Positions 25,289-36,498 of a stretch of DNA of 64,000 bases are shown in pieces. The position numbers were made by a program, and so were the translations under genes. The DNA is from Acidiferrobacteraceae bacterium (lineage in GTDB: Bacteria; Pseudomonadota; Gammaproteobacteria; Arenicellales; UBA868): positions 26,921 to 90,920 of the forward strand of contig PBSU01000024.1 in assembly GCA_002726415.1 (NCBI GenBank), in the 5' to 3' direction. How positions within the stretch are numbered: position 1 is the first letter of the stretch; each line of letters opens with the position of its first letter. Under the pieces are notes generated by a model. That model was given only the letters and a program-made list of their open reading frames with translations. It had not been told where the DNA came from and made no database searches.

Positions 25289-26599
25289 CTACGCGTCCGG
25301 GGCGGCCATTGGGTTATTCGGGTGGGCTGTCCACTGTATTTTCTCTTCGGACTTAATCATCCGGCCCGTTCGCAGATCCACTTCATTTTCAAGGGTACGC
25401 AAAGTAAGGCAGTTTTCGACCGGGCACACCGTAACACATAAATTACAGCCTACACATTCCTCTTCAACCACCTCATAGTGACGGCGGCCGTTCATTCGTG
25501 CGCTGATTGCCTGGTGAGACGTATCTTCGCAGACGATGTGACATCGACCACACTGGATACACAAGTTCTGATCAATCTGCGCCTTAACCGTGTAGTTAAG
25601 ATTAAGGTGCTGCCAGTCTGTCAGTGAAGGCACAGCCTGCCCAACCGCTTGACCCACGGAGCTCAGTTCCATTCTGGCAAGATAACGGGACAGGCCATCG
25701 ACCATATCATCGATGATCTTGAACCCATGGGTCATCGCAGCCGTGCACACCTGAACATTCCCGGCTCCCAGCAGGATGAACTCCGCAGCATCACGCCAGT
25801 TACTGACACCGCCAATGGCTGAGATCGGCACTCCTGCGCAGTCCGGATCCCGGGCAATATCCGAGACCATGTGCAGGGCGATCGGTTTCACTGCCGGGCC
25901 GCAGTAACCGCCGTGGGTGGCACGTTGATCAATTGTCGGCACAGCACTGAACGAGTCCAGATCTACTGACATCACTGAACTAATGGTGTTAATCAGTGAT
26001 ACCGCATCCGCGCCGCCTTTGAGTGCGGCCCGGGCTGGCTGACGGATATCGGTGACATTGGGGGTTAACTTAACGATGACCGGCAGCCCAGAATACTGTT
26101 TGCACCAGGCCGTAACCATTTCGACATATTCGGGGACCTGCCCGACCGCGGCACCCATTCCCCTTTCGGACATGCCGTGGGGGCAACCAAAGTTGAGTTC
26201 GACGCCATCAGCCCCGGTATCCTCAACCCGGGCGAGCACCGATTTCCAGGCCTCCTCAGTACAGGGCACCATGAGCGACACCACCAGTGCCCGATCTGGC
26301 CAGTCTTTCTTCACCTGGGCAATTTCTTCCAGGTTAGTCTGAAGCGGCCGATCGGTGATCAGTTCGATGTTATTAAACCCGATCACACTACGATCCTTGC
26401 CGTGCATCGCGGCATAACGAGGTCCACTGACATTAACGATCGGAGGCCCATCTTCGCCCAGTGTTTTCCAGACCACCCCACCCCAGCCGGCCTCAAACGC
26501 ACGATTCACGTTATAGGCTTTGTCCGTGGGTGGCGCCGACGCCAACCAGAACGGATTCGGCGACTCAATCCCGATAAAGCTTGTTTTGAGTTCACTCAT
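25289..26599 (-). CDS. preA: Dihydropyrimidine dehydrogenase subunit PreA
   Basis: NPFWLASAPPTD, ELNFGCPHGMSERGMG, KLTPN, GGYCGPAVKP, two C-terminal 4Fe-4S motifs. Confidence 0.95.
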   Translation of the reverse strand: MSELKTSFIGIESPNPFWLASAPPTDKAYNVNRAFEAGWGGVVWKTLGEDGPPIVNVSGPRYAAMHGKDRSVIGFNNIELITDRPLQTNLEEIAQVKKDWPDRALVVSLMVPCTEEAWKSVLARVEDTGADGVELNFGCPHGMSERGMGAAVGQVPEYVEMVTAWCKQYSGLPVIVKLTPNVTDIRQPARAALKGGADAVSLINTISSVMSVDLDSFSAVPTIDQRATHGGYCGPAVKPIALHMVSDIARDPDCAGVPISAIGGVSNWRDAAEFILLGAGNVQVCTAAMTHGFKIIDDMVDGLSRYLARMELSSVGQAVGQAVPSLTDWQHLNLNYTVKAQIDQNLCIQCGRCHIVCEDTSHQAISARMNGRRHYEVVEEECVGCNLCVTVCPVENCLTLRTLENEVDLRTGRMIKSEEKIQWTAHPNNPMAAPDA

Positions 26600-26634
26600 A
26601 TTCGTGTTCCTTTATCTAACCCGCTCCCTGAAAG

Positions 26635-27999
26635 TCAGTCCGTCCCGCCAGCAGACAGCGTCTCATGGATCGCGTTGGCGGCCAGTTTGCCATCCTGGAC
26701 CGCACTGACGGTCAAGTCATCACCCCCGGCGATACAATCCCCCCCGGCCCAAACGCCCGCCTGGGAAGTCAGTCGATTAGCGTCAACCACCAATCGTCCT
26801 CTTTCCCGTTTGAATCCTGCCAGCGCCTCCGCCAGGGGTTGAGGCGCTTGACCGATCGCTTTGAATACCATATCGGCGTCGAGCACAAAATTGGGTGGCC
26901 GTCTCTGCCCATCTGGCCCACCCGTTACGTGGAACTCAACCCCGGTCACAGAACCGTCTTGATGCACGACAGATTCAGGCTGAGCCCAGAATCGGATGGT
27001 GACGCCCCGGATCCGGGCAAAGTCCTGCTCTTTCGCACTGGCTTTCATCTGTTCGGGGCCCCGCCGATACACCAGCGTGACATCTTCGGCCCCGAGTAAC
27101 TTAGCCTGAACCGCAACATCAATTGCGGTCATCCCGCCCCCTATTACCACCACCCGTTTGCCCACAGGAATGGAAGATAACCGTGTGGCCTGACGCAGCC
27201 GGTCAATAAAATCAACCGCGTCCTCCACCCCGGCAGAGGTTTCCCCTGGGATTCCCAGCGTATTGCCCCCGCCCAGGCCCAGGCCCAAAAAGACGCCGTC
27301 GTGACGGTCTCGAAGATCGGCCAGGCTAAAGTCGTGGCCGAATGTTTTACCGTGCGCTATTTCTATCCCCCCCACCGATGTAATGAAGCGTGACTCGCGT
27401 TGAGCGAAATCATTGAGCATTTTGTAGGCTGCCAGGCCGTACTCGTTGAGGCCGCCGGTTTTCTCACGCGCCTCATACACCACGACCGAATGACCCATTA
27501 CCGCCAACCGATGCGCACACGCGAGCCCGGCCGGGCCAGCGCCCACGACTCCGACCGATCGTCCTGAGTCGCTGGCTCGCGAAAAATAATTCACATCCTG
27601 ATCCAGCGCCTGGTCAACAGCGTAACGCTGTAACAACCCGATCGTCACTGGCCGGTCATCGTCCTGGTTGCGTACACAGGCATGCTCACACAGCGTCTCC
27701 ACCGGACAGGCACGGGCACAAGTTCCCCCCATGATATTTTCTTGGAGAATCAGACCCGCCGCGCCCGCCGGGTTGTGGTTGGCGATCATGCGGATAAAAC
27801 CCGGGACGTCGATTCCGGTCGGACAGGCCTCAAGACACGGCGCATCGAAACAAAAATAGCATCGCTCGGCCTCAACCCGTGCACCGTTGGCCTCCAGTGG
27901 CGAATGCATTTCGCAAAAATTGTGCCGACAGTCCTCCTCACCCAGGCGCGCTGCGGCAATCCCAGCCGGCCCATTGTGCGCAGTTGCAATCAACTCCAC
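26635..27999 (-). CDS. preT: Dihydropyrimidine dehydrogenase subunit PreT
   Basis: RCYFCFDAPCLEACP, GAGPAG, GGGMTAID; adjacent to preA. Confidence 0.93.
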   Translation of the reverse strand: MELIATAHNGPAGIAAARLGEEDCRHNFCEMHSPLEANGARVEAERCYFCFDAPCLEACPTGIDVPGFIRMIANHNPAGAAGLILQENIMGGTCARACPVETLCEHACVRNQDDDRPVTIGLLQRYAVDQALDQDVNYFSRASDSGRSVGVVGAGPAGLACAHRLAVMGHSVVVYEAREKTGGLNEYGLAAYKMLNDFAQRESRFITSVGGIEIAHGKTFGHDFSLADLRDRHDGVFLGLGLGGGNTLGIPGETSAGVEDAVDFIDRLRQATRLSSIPVGKRVVVIGGGMTAIDVAVQAKLLGAEDVTLVYRRGPEQMKASAKEQDFARIRGVTIRFWAQPESVVHQDGSVTGVEFHVTGGPDGQRRPPNFVLDADMVFKAIGQAPQPLAEALAGFKRERGRLVVDANRLTSQAGVWAGGDCIAGGDDLTVSAVQDGKLAANAIHETLSAGGTD

Positions 28000-28088
28000 T
28001 TTTGTTCCTCCCCCGGCTTGCGATTGATCATAGGACCTGATCGTTCAGCCGGGCTCATGACACCAGCGTGACCCACAGCCATGTCCTG

Positions 28089-29555
<1,467 letters not shown>

Positions 29556-29562
29556 TTACCGA

Positions 29563-30549
29563 CTAAAAAGCGGCGTCCCAGACTGCGTGACTCCAGGCCC
29601 CCGCCGGCGCCTTGGAAATAACAGGATCAGAACCTCCGCTCATCAACGTGGCCACGGTACGCTCGTAATCCGCCTCTACCAGCTTGCCGCCGCCAGCGGT
29701 GAGCTTGTTAATCTCACCCATCATCCGTCGCTGGTGCTTCTGTGTCTGGGCGCCGGTCTCATCGTTCTCAAGTACGATGTCGGCAGCGGCATCGGAATTC
29801 TCTCTGGCCCAGGCCCAGCCCTTCATGGACGCACGAACGAATCGCGCCATTTTGTCTACAAAAGCTGAGTCTGCCAGGTTAGCTTCCAGCACATAAAGGC
29901 CATCTTCCAATGTCGCCACACCCTGATCTTCGTACTTAAACGTAACCAGTTCATCGGCGCCGAGACCAGCATCAATGATCTGCCAATACTCGTTGTAGGT
30001 CATGGTCGAAACACAGTCCGCCTGTTTTTGCAGAATGGGGTCAACATTGAATCCCTGCTTCAGCACCGTTACGCCCCCGCTGCTTCCGTCGGTGGGTGTG
30101 CCGAGCTGACTCATCCAGCTCAGGAAGGGATATTCGTTGCCGTAGAACCAGACTCCCAACGTCCGGCCGGGGAAATCCTGAGGAGTTTTGACGCCGCTGT
30201 CCTTACGACAGGTGAGCATCATGCCTGAGCGCTTGAACGGCTGGGCGATATTCACCAGGGCCAGGCCTTTCTCGCGAGATGCCAATGCCGAAGGCATCCA
30301 GTCGATAATGACATCTGCGCCACCACCGGCGATCACCTGGGGTGGTGCAACATCTGGGCCCCCGGGCTTGATAGTGACATCCAGGCCTTCCTCTTTATAG
30401 AAACCCTTATCCTGCGCGACAAAATACCCGGCAAACTGCGCCTGGGTTACCCATTTCAACTGCAAGGTCACTTTGTCGGCTGCCAGGGCAGTCGCACTGA
30501 CCAGTCCTAATGCCATAACGGTAACGAGTGTACTAAATCTCTTTCTCAT
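29563..30549 (-). CDS. ABC substrate-binding protein, NMT1/THI5 family (pyrimidine-type)
   Basis: Signal peptide; LKWVTQAQFAGYFVA, STMTYNEY. Confidence 0.88.
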   Translation of the reverse strand: MRKRFSTLVTVMALGLVSATALAADKVTLQLKWVTQAQFAGYFVAQDKGFYKEEGLDVTIKPGGPDVAPPQVIAGGGADVIIDWMPSALASREKGLALVNIAQPFKRSGMMLTCRKDSGVKTPQDFPGRTLGVWFYGNEYPFLSWMSQLGTPTDGSSGGVTVLKQGFNVDPILQKQADCVSTMTYNEYWQIIDAGLGADELVTFKYEDQGVATLEDGLYVLEANLADSAFVDKMARFVRASMKGWAWARENSDAAADIVLENDETGAQTQKHQRRMMGEINKLTAGGGKLVEADYERTVATLMSGGSDPVISKAPAGAWSHAVWDAAF

Positions 30550-30583
30550 CTTGAGCCTCCTCTAGTTGGTTAAGCTTGCCCGA

Positions 30584-31741
30584 TTACAGGCGTTTTCCTG
30601 ATAGTTTCCGAAAAGATGGATGCCAGAAGGTGGCACGCCTTTCCGCAACCGCCAGTAAACCATAAAACAAGGATCCGGACACGGCCGCTAAGGCAATCGC
30701 CGCCCAGACCATTTCCATATTCATCCGCCCGGCCTCGGTCGAAATCCGAAAACCAATCCCCACAATCGGGGTTCCGAAAAATTCCGCCACGATCGCGCCG
30801 ATCAGGGCAAGGGCAGAATTGATTTTGAGTGCGTTAAAAATGTACGGCAGCGCATTGGGCAATCGCACTCGTGCAAAAGCCTGCCAGTGGTTTGCCCCCA
30901 CTGATCGCATCAGATCGAGTTCCATGGCACCTGAACTCCCCAGACCCGCGATGGTATTCACCAGCATCGGAAAGAAGGTCATGATGACCACGACAGCCGC
31001 TTTGGATTGCCAGTCAAAACCGAACCACATCACCATAATCGGCGCGATACCTACAATCGGGATCGCGCTGACCAGGTTGCCCACCGGTAACAGTCCACGG
31101 CGCAGAAAAGGAACCCGGTCTGCAATCAGCGCGATCGCAAAACCTGCCAGATTCCCGATCACAAACCCGGGTACTACCGCCCGCACCACCGTCTGGCGAA
31201 AGTCAGCGGCAAGCACCGGCACAGACGAAGCGATTGCGTCGCCCACCAGGCTTGGCGGAGGTAGCAGAACCCGTGGGACTCCAAAACCGACAGTGATCAA
31301 CTCCCACAACATTAAAAACCACGCCCCGAAGAGGCCTGGCACAAGCAACTGATAGAGAACACCTCGCCAGGGCTCTGACGGGGTCGCAATAGAGAACTGG
31401 CGCATCGCATCCCAAATGGCAAATGCCAGTGCCGCTACCAGAAACCAGAAACCCGCTCCCGCCACCCCTTGGATATTTTGCGCGTGCACCAGTTCCGATA
31501 CACCTGATAACCCCAAGACCACAGACAGCAACTGGATCAGATGCCGCGCTGTCAGACCCAAGTTCGTGATCACCGATAGACTGAGGCTAATCGCAAGCGC
31601 ACCAACGGTCATGCTGACCCCCCAACCTGGGATGTGGAGCCACGATACAGCGGGTGCCGGCTCCTGCAATAGCGCAAGTGCGAGGAAACCACCCGTCATA
31701 AGTGGGACGCCAGTAAACCCTTCGAACCAGCGGCGCGTCAT
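30584..31741 (-). CDS. ABC permease (NitT/TauT family) with extended N-terminal TM region
   Basis: LLPPPS, PIVGIAP, RLPNALPYIF, GAIVAEF. Confidence 0.88.
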   Translation of the reverse strand: MTRRWFEGFTGVPLMTGGFLALALLQEPAPAVSWLHIPGWGVSMTVGALAISLSLSVITNLGLTARHLIQLLSVVLGLSGVSELVHAQNIQGVAGAGFWFLVAALAFAIWDAMRQFSIATPSEPWRGVLYQLLVPGLFGAWFLMLWELITVGFGVPRVLLPPPSLVGDAIASSVPVLAADFRQTVVRAVVPGFVIGNLAGFAIALIADRVPFLRRGLLPVGNLVSAIPIVGIAPIMVMWFGFDWQSKAAVVVIMTFFPMLVNTIAGLGSSGAMELDLMRSVGANHWQAFARVRLPNALPYIFNALKINSALALIGAIVAEFFGTPIVGIGFRISTEAGRMNMEMVWAAIALAAVSGSLFYGLLAVAERRATFWHPSFRKLSGKRL

Positions 31742-32640
31742 GCCCGAACGACCTGCCCGCCCTTAAGCCGGTACAGAGCAATACGCTCACAAAAGCCCAC
31801 GGCAGTGACAAGCAACGCAGAGACCACCGATGCCACAATCAAAGCGGCCCAGATCATCGTCGTCTGTCCATAATAGGATCCGGTCAACAGTCGCGCTCCC
31901 AGCCCGCCCTGGCCTCCCGTGGGTAACTCGGCCACGATCGCACCCACCACACTAAGCGCAATCGCCACTTTCAATGAAGTAAACAGGAACGGGATAGATG
32001 AAGGCAGGCGCAACTTGAAAAAAACCTGCATGCTGTTAGCGTGATAAGTATGCATCTGGTCCAGCAGCATAGGCTCGGGAGAACGCAACCCCTTGACCAT
32101 GCCCACTACCACCGGAAAGAAGCACAAATACATCGAGATCACTGATTTCGGGAAAAGGCCGGTAATACCGATTGACCCCAGCACCACGATAATCATAGGC
32201 GCTAAGGCGAGAATGGGAACGGTCTGTGAGGCAATGATCCAGGGCATCAGGCTACGATCCAGCGTCGTTACATAGACAATGCCGATCGCGAGCCCAATAC
32301 CCAGCAAGGTACCCAAACAAAAGCCCAGCAGTGATGAGGAAAGCGTGATCCCCGCGTGGTAGACCAGGCTGCGCTTGGAGGAAACGCGCTTATCCAACAC
32401 AGTCTTCTTAAGCTCCAGACCCACCTGGTGCGGTGCGGGCAATACCGGTCGCTCCATACGCCAAGCATCTGTGGCCAGTTGACCCAGATTCCAGTTCACG
32501 TTGCGCTTGTCATAGCGATCGATCAACTGGGTGCTATTCAGGTACACCGCACCGGCGTACCAGATCAGAATCAATCCCATAATCACGACCAGCACAGGCA
32601 ACAGCCGGCCCTGCCCGTGACTGACCTCACTCATCGTCAT
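31738..32640 (-). CDS. ABC permease (NitT/TauT family)
   Basis: LPAPHQ, SQTVPILALAP, KLRLPSSIPFLF, GAIVAEL; start placed at ATG 32640. Confidence 0.88.
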   Translation of the reverse strand: MTMSEVSHGQGRLLPVLVVIMGLILIWYAGAVYLNSTQLIDRYDKRNVNWNLGQLATDAWRMERPVLPAPHQVGLELKKTVLDKRVSSKRSLVYHAGITLSSSLLGFCLGTLLGIGLAIGIVYVTTLDRSLMPWIIASQTVPILALAPMIIVVLGSIGITGLFPKSVISMYLCFFPVVVGMVKGLRSPEPMLLDQMHTYHANSMQVFFKLRLPSSIPFLFTSLKVAIALSVVGAIVAELPTGGQGGLGARLLTGSYYGQTTMIWAALIVASVVSALLVTAVGFCERIALYRLKGGQVVRA

Positions 32641-33430
32641 AACTGTGGCCCGCTTTGAGGCCTTGGCGTACCCGATGCGCCAGAGCAAGAAACTCAGGAG
32701 TTTCCCGGATATCCAGCGACCGTTGCGCCGGCAGGCTACATTCAATCACGTCCATCACCCGGCCTGGTCTGGGTGACATCACCACAACTCGCGTCGAGAG
32801 AAAAACCGCTTCGGGGATCGAATGGGTCACGAAGACAACGGTCTTGCCGGTTTTACGCCACAGTTGCAGCAACTGCTCATTCAGGTGATCACGGGTAATC
32901 TCATCGAGCGCCCCGAAAGGCTCATCCATTAACAGTAACTGGGGTTCAACACTCAACGCACGGGCAATTGAGACCCGCTGCTGCATGCCACCGGATAATT
33001 GCCAGGGGTACTTATTTTCGAAGCCGCCAAGATTAACCAGTTCAAGATAGCGCGCCGCACGCTGGCGCTGTTCAGAACGGCTCACTCCCATGATCTCCAG
33101 GGGTAGCAATACATTCTGCCTCACGGTTCGCCACGGGTAGAGAGCGGGTGCCTGAAACACATAACCGTAGGCGCGGTCCTGACGCGCCTGTTCAGGGCTG
33201 ACGCCGTTTACCAGAATATCGCCAGCAGTGTGTGACTCAAGATCAGCGATGACCCGAAGCAGCGTGGTCTTCCCGCAACCCGATGGCCCGATCAGGGAGA
33301 CGAATTCTCCTTCTGTGATCTCCAGATTAATACCCGCGAGCGCGTGAACGGGTCCATCCGGGGTATTGAAATCAAGCGAAAGCTGATCCACCTGAACGAC
33401 CGCAGTAGAGTGGGAGGTCGACTGACTCAT
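32627..33430 (-). CDS. ABC ATP-binding protein (NitT/TauT family)
   Basis: GPSGCGKTT, LSGGMQQR, MDEPFGALD, VTHS. Confidence 0.92.
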   Translation of the reverse strand: MSQSTSHSTAVVQVDQLSLDFNTPDGPVHALAGINLEITEGEFVSLIGPSGCGKTTLLRVIADLESHTAGDILVNGVSPEQARQDRAYGYVFQAPALYPWRTVRQNVLLPLEIMGVSRSEQRQRAARYLELVNLGGFENKYPWQLSGGMQQRVSIARALSVEPQLLLMDEPFGALDEITRDHLNEQLLQLWRKTGKTVVFVTHSIPEAVFLSTRVVVMSPRPGRVMDVIECSLPAQRSLDIRETPEFLALAHRVRQGLKAGHSYDDE

Positions 33431-33454
33431 AATTGATTTAACGTCAGACGAGGC

Positions 33455-34702
33455 TCAATCGCCGGCCTGCTCCGCCTTGCTCAATACTGCGTGATACATC
33501 ACGTTGGCGCCGGCCGTAGACCACGCCGGCTCGATATCCTCAACCTCGTTGTGACTGATACCATCGACACACGGTATGAAGATCATAGAGGTAGGTGATG
33601 CGTGTGCGATGAAGCAGGCATCATGTCCGGCCCCGGCCACAATCTTCCGTGAGCTATAGCCACAGTTCTTAGCCGCAGAGTTGACCGCGGCGACACAGCT
33701 TTCATCAAATGGCACCGGCGCGTAGTAGAAGATCTCTTCCAGTTGGTAGGAAAGGTCGGCCTGTTCAGAAATATTGCGTATACCCTGGCGGATAGCGTCA
33801 TCCATATCAGATAACACATCATCATCCGGGTGGCGGATATCAATCGTAAGAAACACCTGCCCAGGAATAACGTTTCGGGAATTAGGATACACATTAAGCA
33901 TCCCCACCGTTGCGCAGGCCAGCGGCGCGTTGCTGAGGCCTATCTCATTGACCAGACTGATAATCCTGGCTGCCGTCAGCAGAGCATCCTGACGCCGATC
34001 CATAGGTGTCGGTCCAGCATGGGATTCCGTGCCGGTTAACTCCAACTCATACCAACGTTGTCCCTGTGCATCGGTCACCACTCCAATCTCGGTGCCTTCC
34101 TCAACCAGAATCGGGCCCTGTTCAATGTGCGCCTCAAAATACGCGTGGAGCGGCCGACCCATGGGCTGGTCACCAGCATAGCCAATACGCTCAAGCTCCT
34201 CACCCATCGTGCGGCCCTGCGCATCTGCCCGAGACAGGCCATAGTCAAGATCATAGACGCCTGCGAAAACGCCGGACGCTACCATTGCCGGTGCAAAACG
34301 GCTGCCCTCTTCGTTAGTCCAACAGACTGCCTCTACCGGGTGACGAGTGCAGATGTCATGATCGTTCAACGCACGAATCACTTCCAACCCGGTGAGAACA
34401 CCGTAAACACCATCAAAACGGCCGCCCGTAGGTTGGGTATCAAGATGACTGCCTGCGACCACCGGAGCCAGGTCCGGATCAGACCCGCCGCGCCGGGCAA
34501 AGATATTGCCCATCTGGTCGACAGTGACAGTGCAACCCGCCTCACGGCACCACTGGACGAACAGGTCGCGAGCTTGTCTATCGAGGTCAGTCAAAGCCAG
34601 GCGGCAAGATCCGCCTTTCTCTGTCGCCCCAATCTCGGCCATCGCCATCAACGAACTCCACAGGCGATCGCCGTTGATCTTCAATGTTGCTTCCTGGTTC
34701 AC
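33455..34702 (-). CDS. Zn-dependent N-carbamoyl-amino acid amidohydrolase / beta-ureidopropionase (M20, PydC-like)
   Basis: GSHLDTQPTGGRFDG, NEEGSRF, EAHIEQGP, HAGPTPM, GAGHDA, GISHNE. Confidence 0.9.
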   Translation of the reverse strand: MNQEATLKINGDRLWSSLMAMAEIGATEKGGSCRLALTDLDRQARDLFVQWCREAGCTVTVDQMGNIFARRGGSDPDLAPVVAGSHLDTQPTGGRFDGVYGVLTGLEVIRALNDHDICTRHPVEAVCWTNEEGSRFAPAMVASGVFAGVYDLDYGLSRADAQGRTMGEELERIGYAGDQPMGRPLHAYFEAHIEQGPILVEEGTEIGVVTDAQGQRWYELELTGTESHAGPTPMDRRQDALLTAARIISLVNEIGLSNAPLACATVGMLNVYPNSRNVIPGQVFLTIDIRHPDDDVLSDMDDAIRQGIRNISEQADLSYQLEEIFYYAPVPFDESCVAAVNSAAKNCGYSSRKIVAGAGHDACFIAHASPTSMIFIPCVDGISHNEVEDIEPAWSTAGANVMYHAVLSKAEQAGD

Positions 34703-34750
34703 ACTCTTAACTCCTTTTATATTCCATCGTCCCTGCCCTGGGGGATGACG

Positions 34751-35617
34751 TCAGTTAAGGTCAGTCAGTCCACCATAGGTCTCGGGGCGCCGGTCACGGA
34801 AGAACTGCCAGGTATCCCTGACCTGGCGCACCATGTCCATATCCAACTCGTGGATCAAAAGTTCATCTTTGTCCGGACTGGCCTGTGCTTCTATCTGGCC
34901 ACGCGGATTGACGAAATAACTTGAGCCGTAGAACTCACCGATATTCCAGGGCGCCTCAGTACCCACACGATTGATCGCCGCGATAAATACGCCGTTGGCC
35001 GCAGCCGATGCAGGCTGTTCCAGTTCCCACAGGTACTGCGACAAGCCCGCTACTGTGGCTGAAGGGTTGTAGATAATCTCAGCACCGTTGAGCGCCAGGG
35101 CCCGCCAACCTTCGGGGAAATGTCGGTCATAGCAAATATAGACCCCGATCCTGCCGTAAGCGGTATCAAAAACCGGCCAGCCGGAGGCGCCAGGCTTAAA
35201 AAAGAACTTTTCCCAGAACCCAGCCACATGCGGCAAATGAGTTTTCCGGTACTTGCCCAGATAACGCCCATCAGCATCAATCACGGCAGCAGCGTTGTAG
35301 TAGACCCCGGTCATCGCTTCTTCATAGATCGGGACAATGATCACCATATTGTGCTTACGAGCGTATTCACACATCAATTGCGTGGTATGGCCGTCGGGGA
35401 TTACCTCGGCAGCCGCATACCATCGGGCATCCTGACTTGGGCAGAAGTATGGCTGCGTGAAGACTTCCTGAAAGCACAGAATCTGTACACCCGCTGCACC
35501 GGCCTGATCAATCAGCGGAAGGTGTGCCGCTAACATGGCGTCCCGGATCTCCTCAGGAGAGGAGTCGGTCCCCGCCTTGAGACTCATCTGAATCAACCCT
35601 GATTTCAGTTTACTCAT
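34751..35617 (-). CDS. Nitrilase-superfamily beta-ureidopropionase-like hydrolase
   Basis: Catalytic triad FQE, YRKTHLP, ICYDRHFPE; FWEKFFF; DRRPETY. Confidence 0.88.
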   Translation of the reverse strand: MSKLKSGLIQMSLKAGTDSSPEEIRDAMLAAHLPLIDQAGAAGVQILCFQEVFTQPYFCPSQDARWYAAAEVIPDGHTTQLMCEYARKHNMVIIVPIYEEAMTGVYYNAAAVIDADGRYLGKYRKTHLPHVAGFWEKFFFKPGASGWPVFDTAYGRIGVYICYDRHFPEGWRALALNGAEIIYNPSATVAGLSQYLWELEQPASAAANGVFIAAINRVGTEAPWNIGEFYGSSYFVNPRGQIEAQASPDKDELLIHELDMDMVRQVRDTWQFFRDRRPETYGGLTDLN

Positions 35618-35728
35618 CTGTGCTCCCTTGGGTCTTGATCGTTATAGGATTCCCAGCATCACCGCTGTACGCCTGCGCCCCGTTCAGCACCTTTATTAAT
35701 CCGGGGTTCCTCTCGCTTGTAACAGTTC

Positions 35729-35744
35729 CTAACCATCTGGTCAA
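35729..35744. promoter_or_regulatory. RutR/PydR operator upstream of the pyrimidine catabolic operon
   Basis: Minus strand TTGACCAGATGGTTAG, 2 mismatches to the RutR consensus TTGACCAnnTGGTCAA. Confidence 0.75.
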
Positions 35745-35748
35745 CTTT

Positions 35749-36444
35749 TCAGGTTACTAATTCTTCATCGCGCAGGCCTAACCCCCGAACCAGCACGGCG
35801 ACCACATCTGGCGCTGCCAGATCATAAATCTCAGCATCGTAGTCCTTTGCCCCGGTCACGGCCTCGATCTGGGTCTGGAAATCTGCATAAGTTTGCGTCA
35901 CCGCCCAGATCATGAAGAACGCATGGGCAGGTTCAATCGCGGCCATCCGGCCTTCTCGCTGCCACCGCCGAAAAACCAGACCCTTCTCTTCCACCCACTC
36001 ACGCAATTGTGATCGCAGTTGCTCCCCAATGATGGGCGCCCCACTGATCACTTCCATAGCAAAAAGACGCGATGCCTCGGGGTAGTTCCTCGACAGTGCC
36101 AACTTGCGGGTGATGTATTGACTGATGGCAACCCGGGGGCTCGTGTCGAGCGCGATATCTCCAAGCGCATCGAGCCAGAGTGCGACCACTTGCTCGATCA
36201 CGACGCGGTAAAGGTCTTGCTTAGTCTTAAAGTAATACAGCACGTTGCCTTTGGGCAGTGCAGCATGGCGGGCGATTTCATCCACGCGGGCACCATCGTA
36301 ACCTTTACGGGAAAAAACCTGGGTCGCGGCGTGCACAATCTTATCGCGCTGGCGGTTGCCGATACTGCGCGATTCGGCTGGGCCAATCCGCAACGGGCCG
36401 GAGCGCTTGGAAGGTTGGAGTTGATTTTCCATGACGCCAGCCAT
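35749..36444 (-). CDS. rutR: TetR-family pyrimidine regulator RutR/PydR
   Basis: HTH with LPKGNVLYYFKTK; YITRKL, SRLFAMEV, FMIWAVTQTYADF (RutR C-domain). Confidence 0.88.
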   Translation of the reverse strand: MAGVMENQLQPSKRSGPLRIGPAESRSIGNRQRDKIVHAATQVFSRKGYDGARVDEIARHAALPKGNVLYYFKTKQDLYRVVIEQVVALWLDALGDIALDTSPRVAISQYITRKLALSRNYPEASRLFAMEVISGAPIIGEQLRSQLREWVEEKGLVFRRWQREGRMAAIEPAHAFFMIWAVTQTYADFQTQIEAVTGAKDYDAEIYDLAAPDVVAVLVRGLGLRDEELVT

Positions 36445-36456
36445 TTTGATTCAGGT

Positions 36457-36472
36457 TTGACCGAATGGTCAA
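36457..36472. promoter_or_regulatory. RutR/PydR operator upstream of rutR (autoregulatory)
   Basis: TTGACCGAATGGTCAA, 1 mismatch to consensus, immediately upstream of the rutR ATG. Confidence 0.85.
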
Positions 36473-36498
36473 CTTTCGCCGCGCAGCGCTTCCAGCCC

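Noticed and set aside
34058-34924. 288-aa plus-strand ORF
   Set aside because: Antisense to two well-supported hydrolase genes; shadow ORF.
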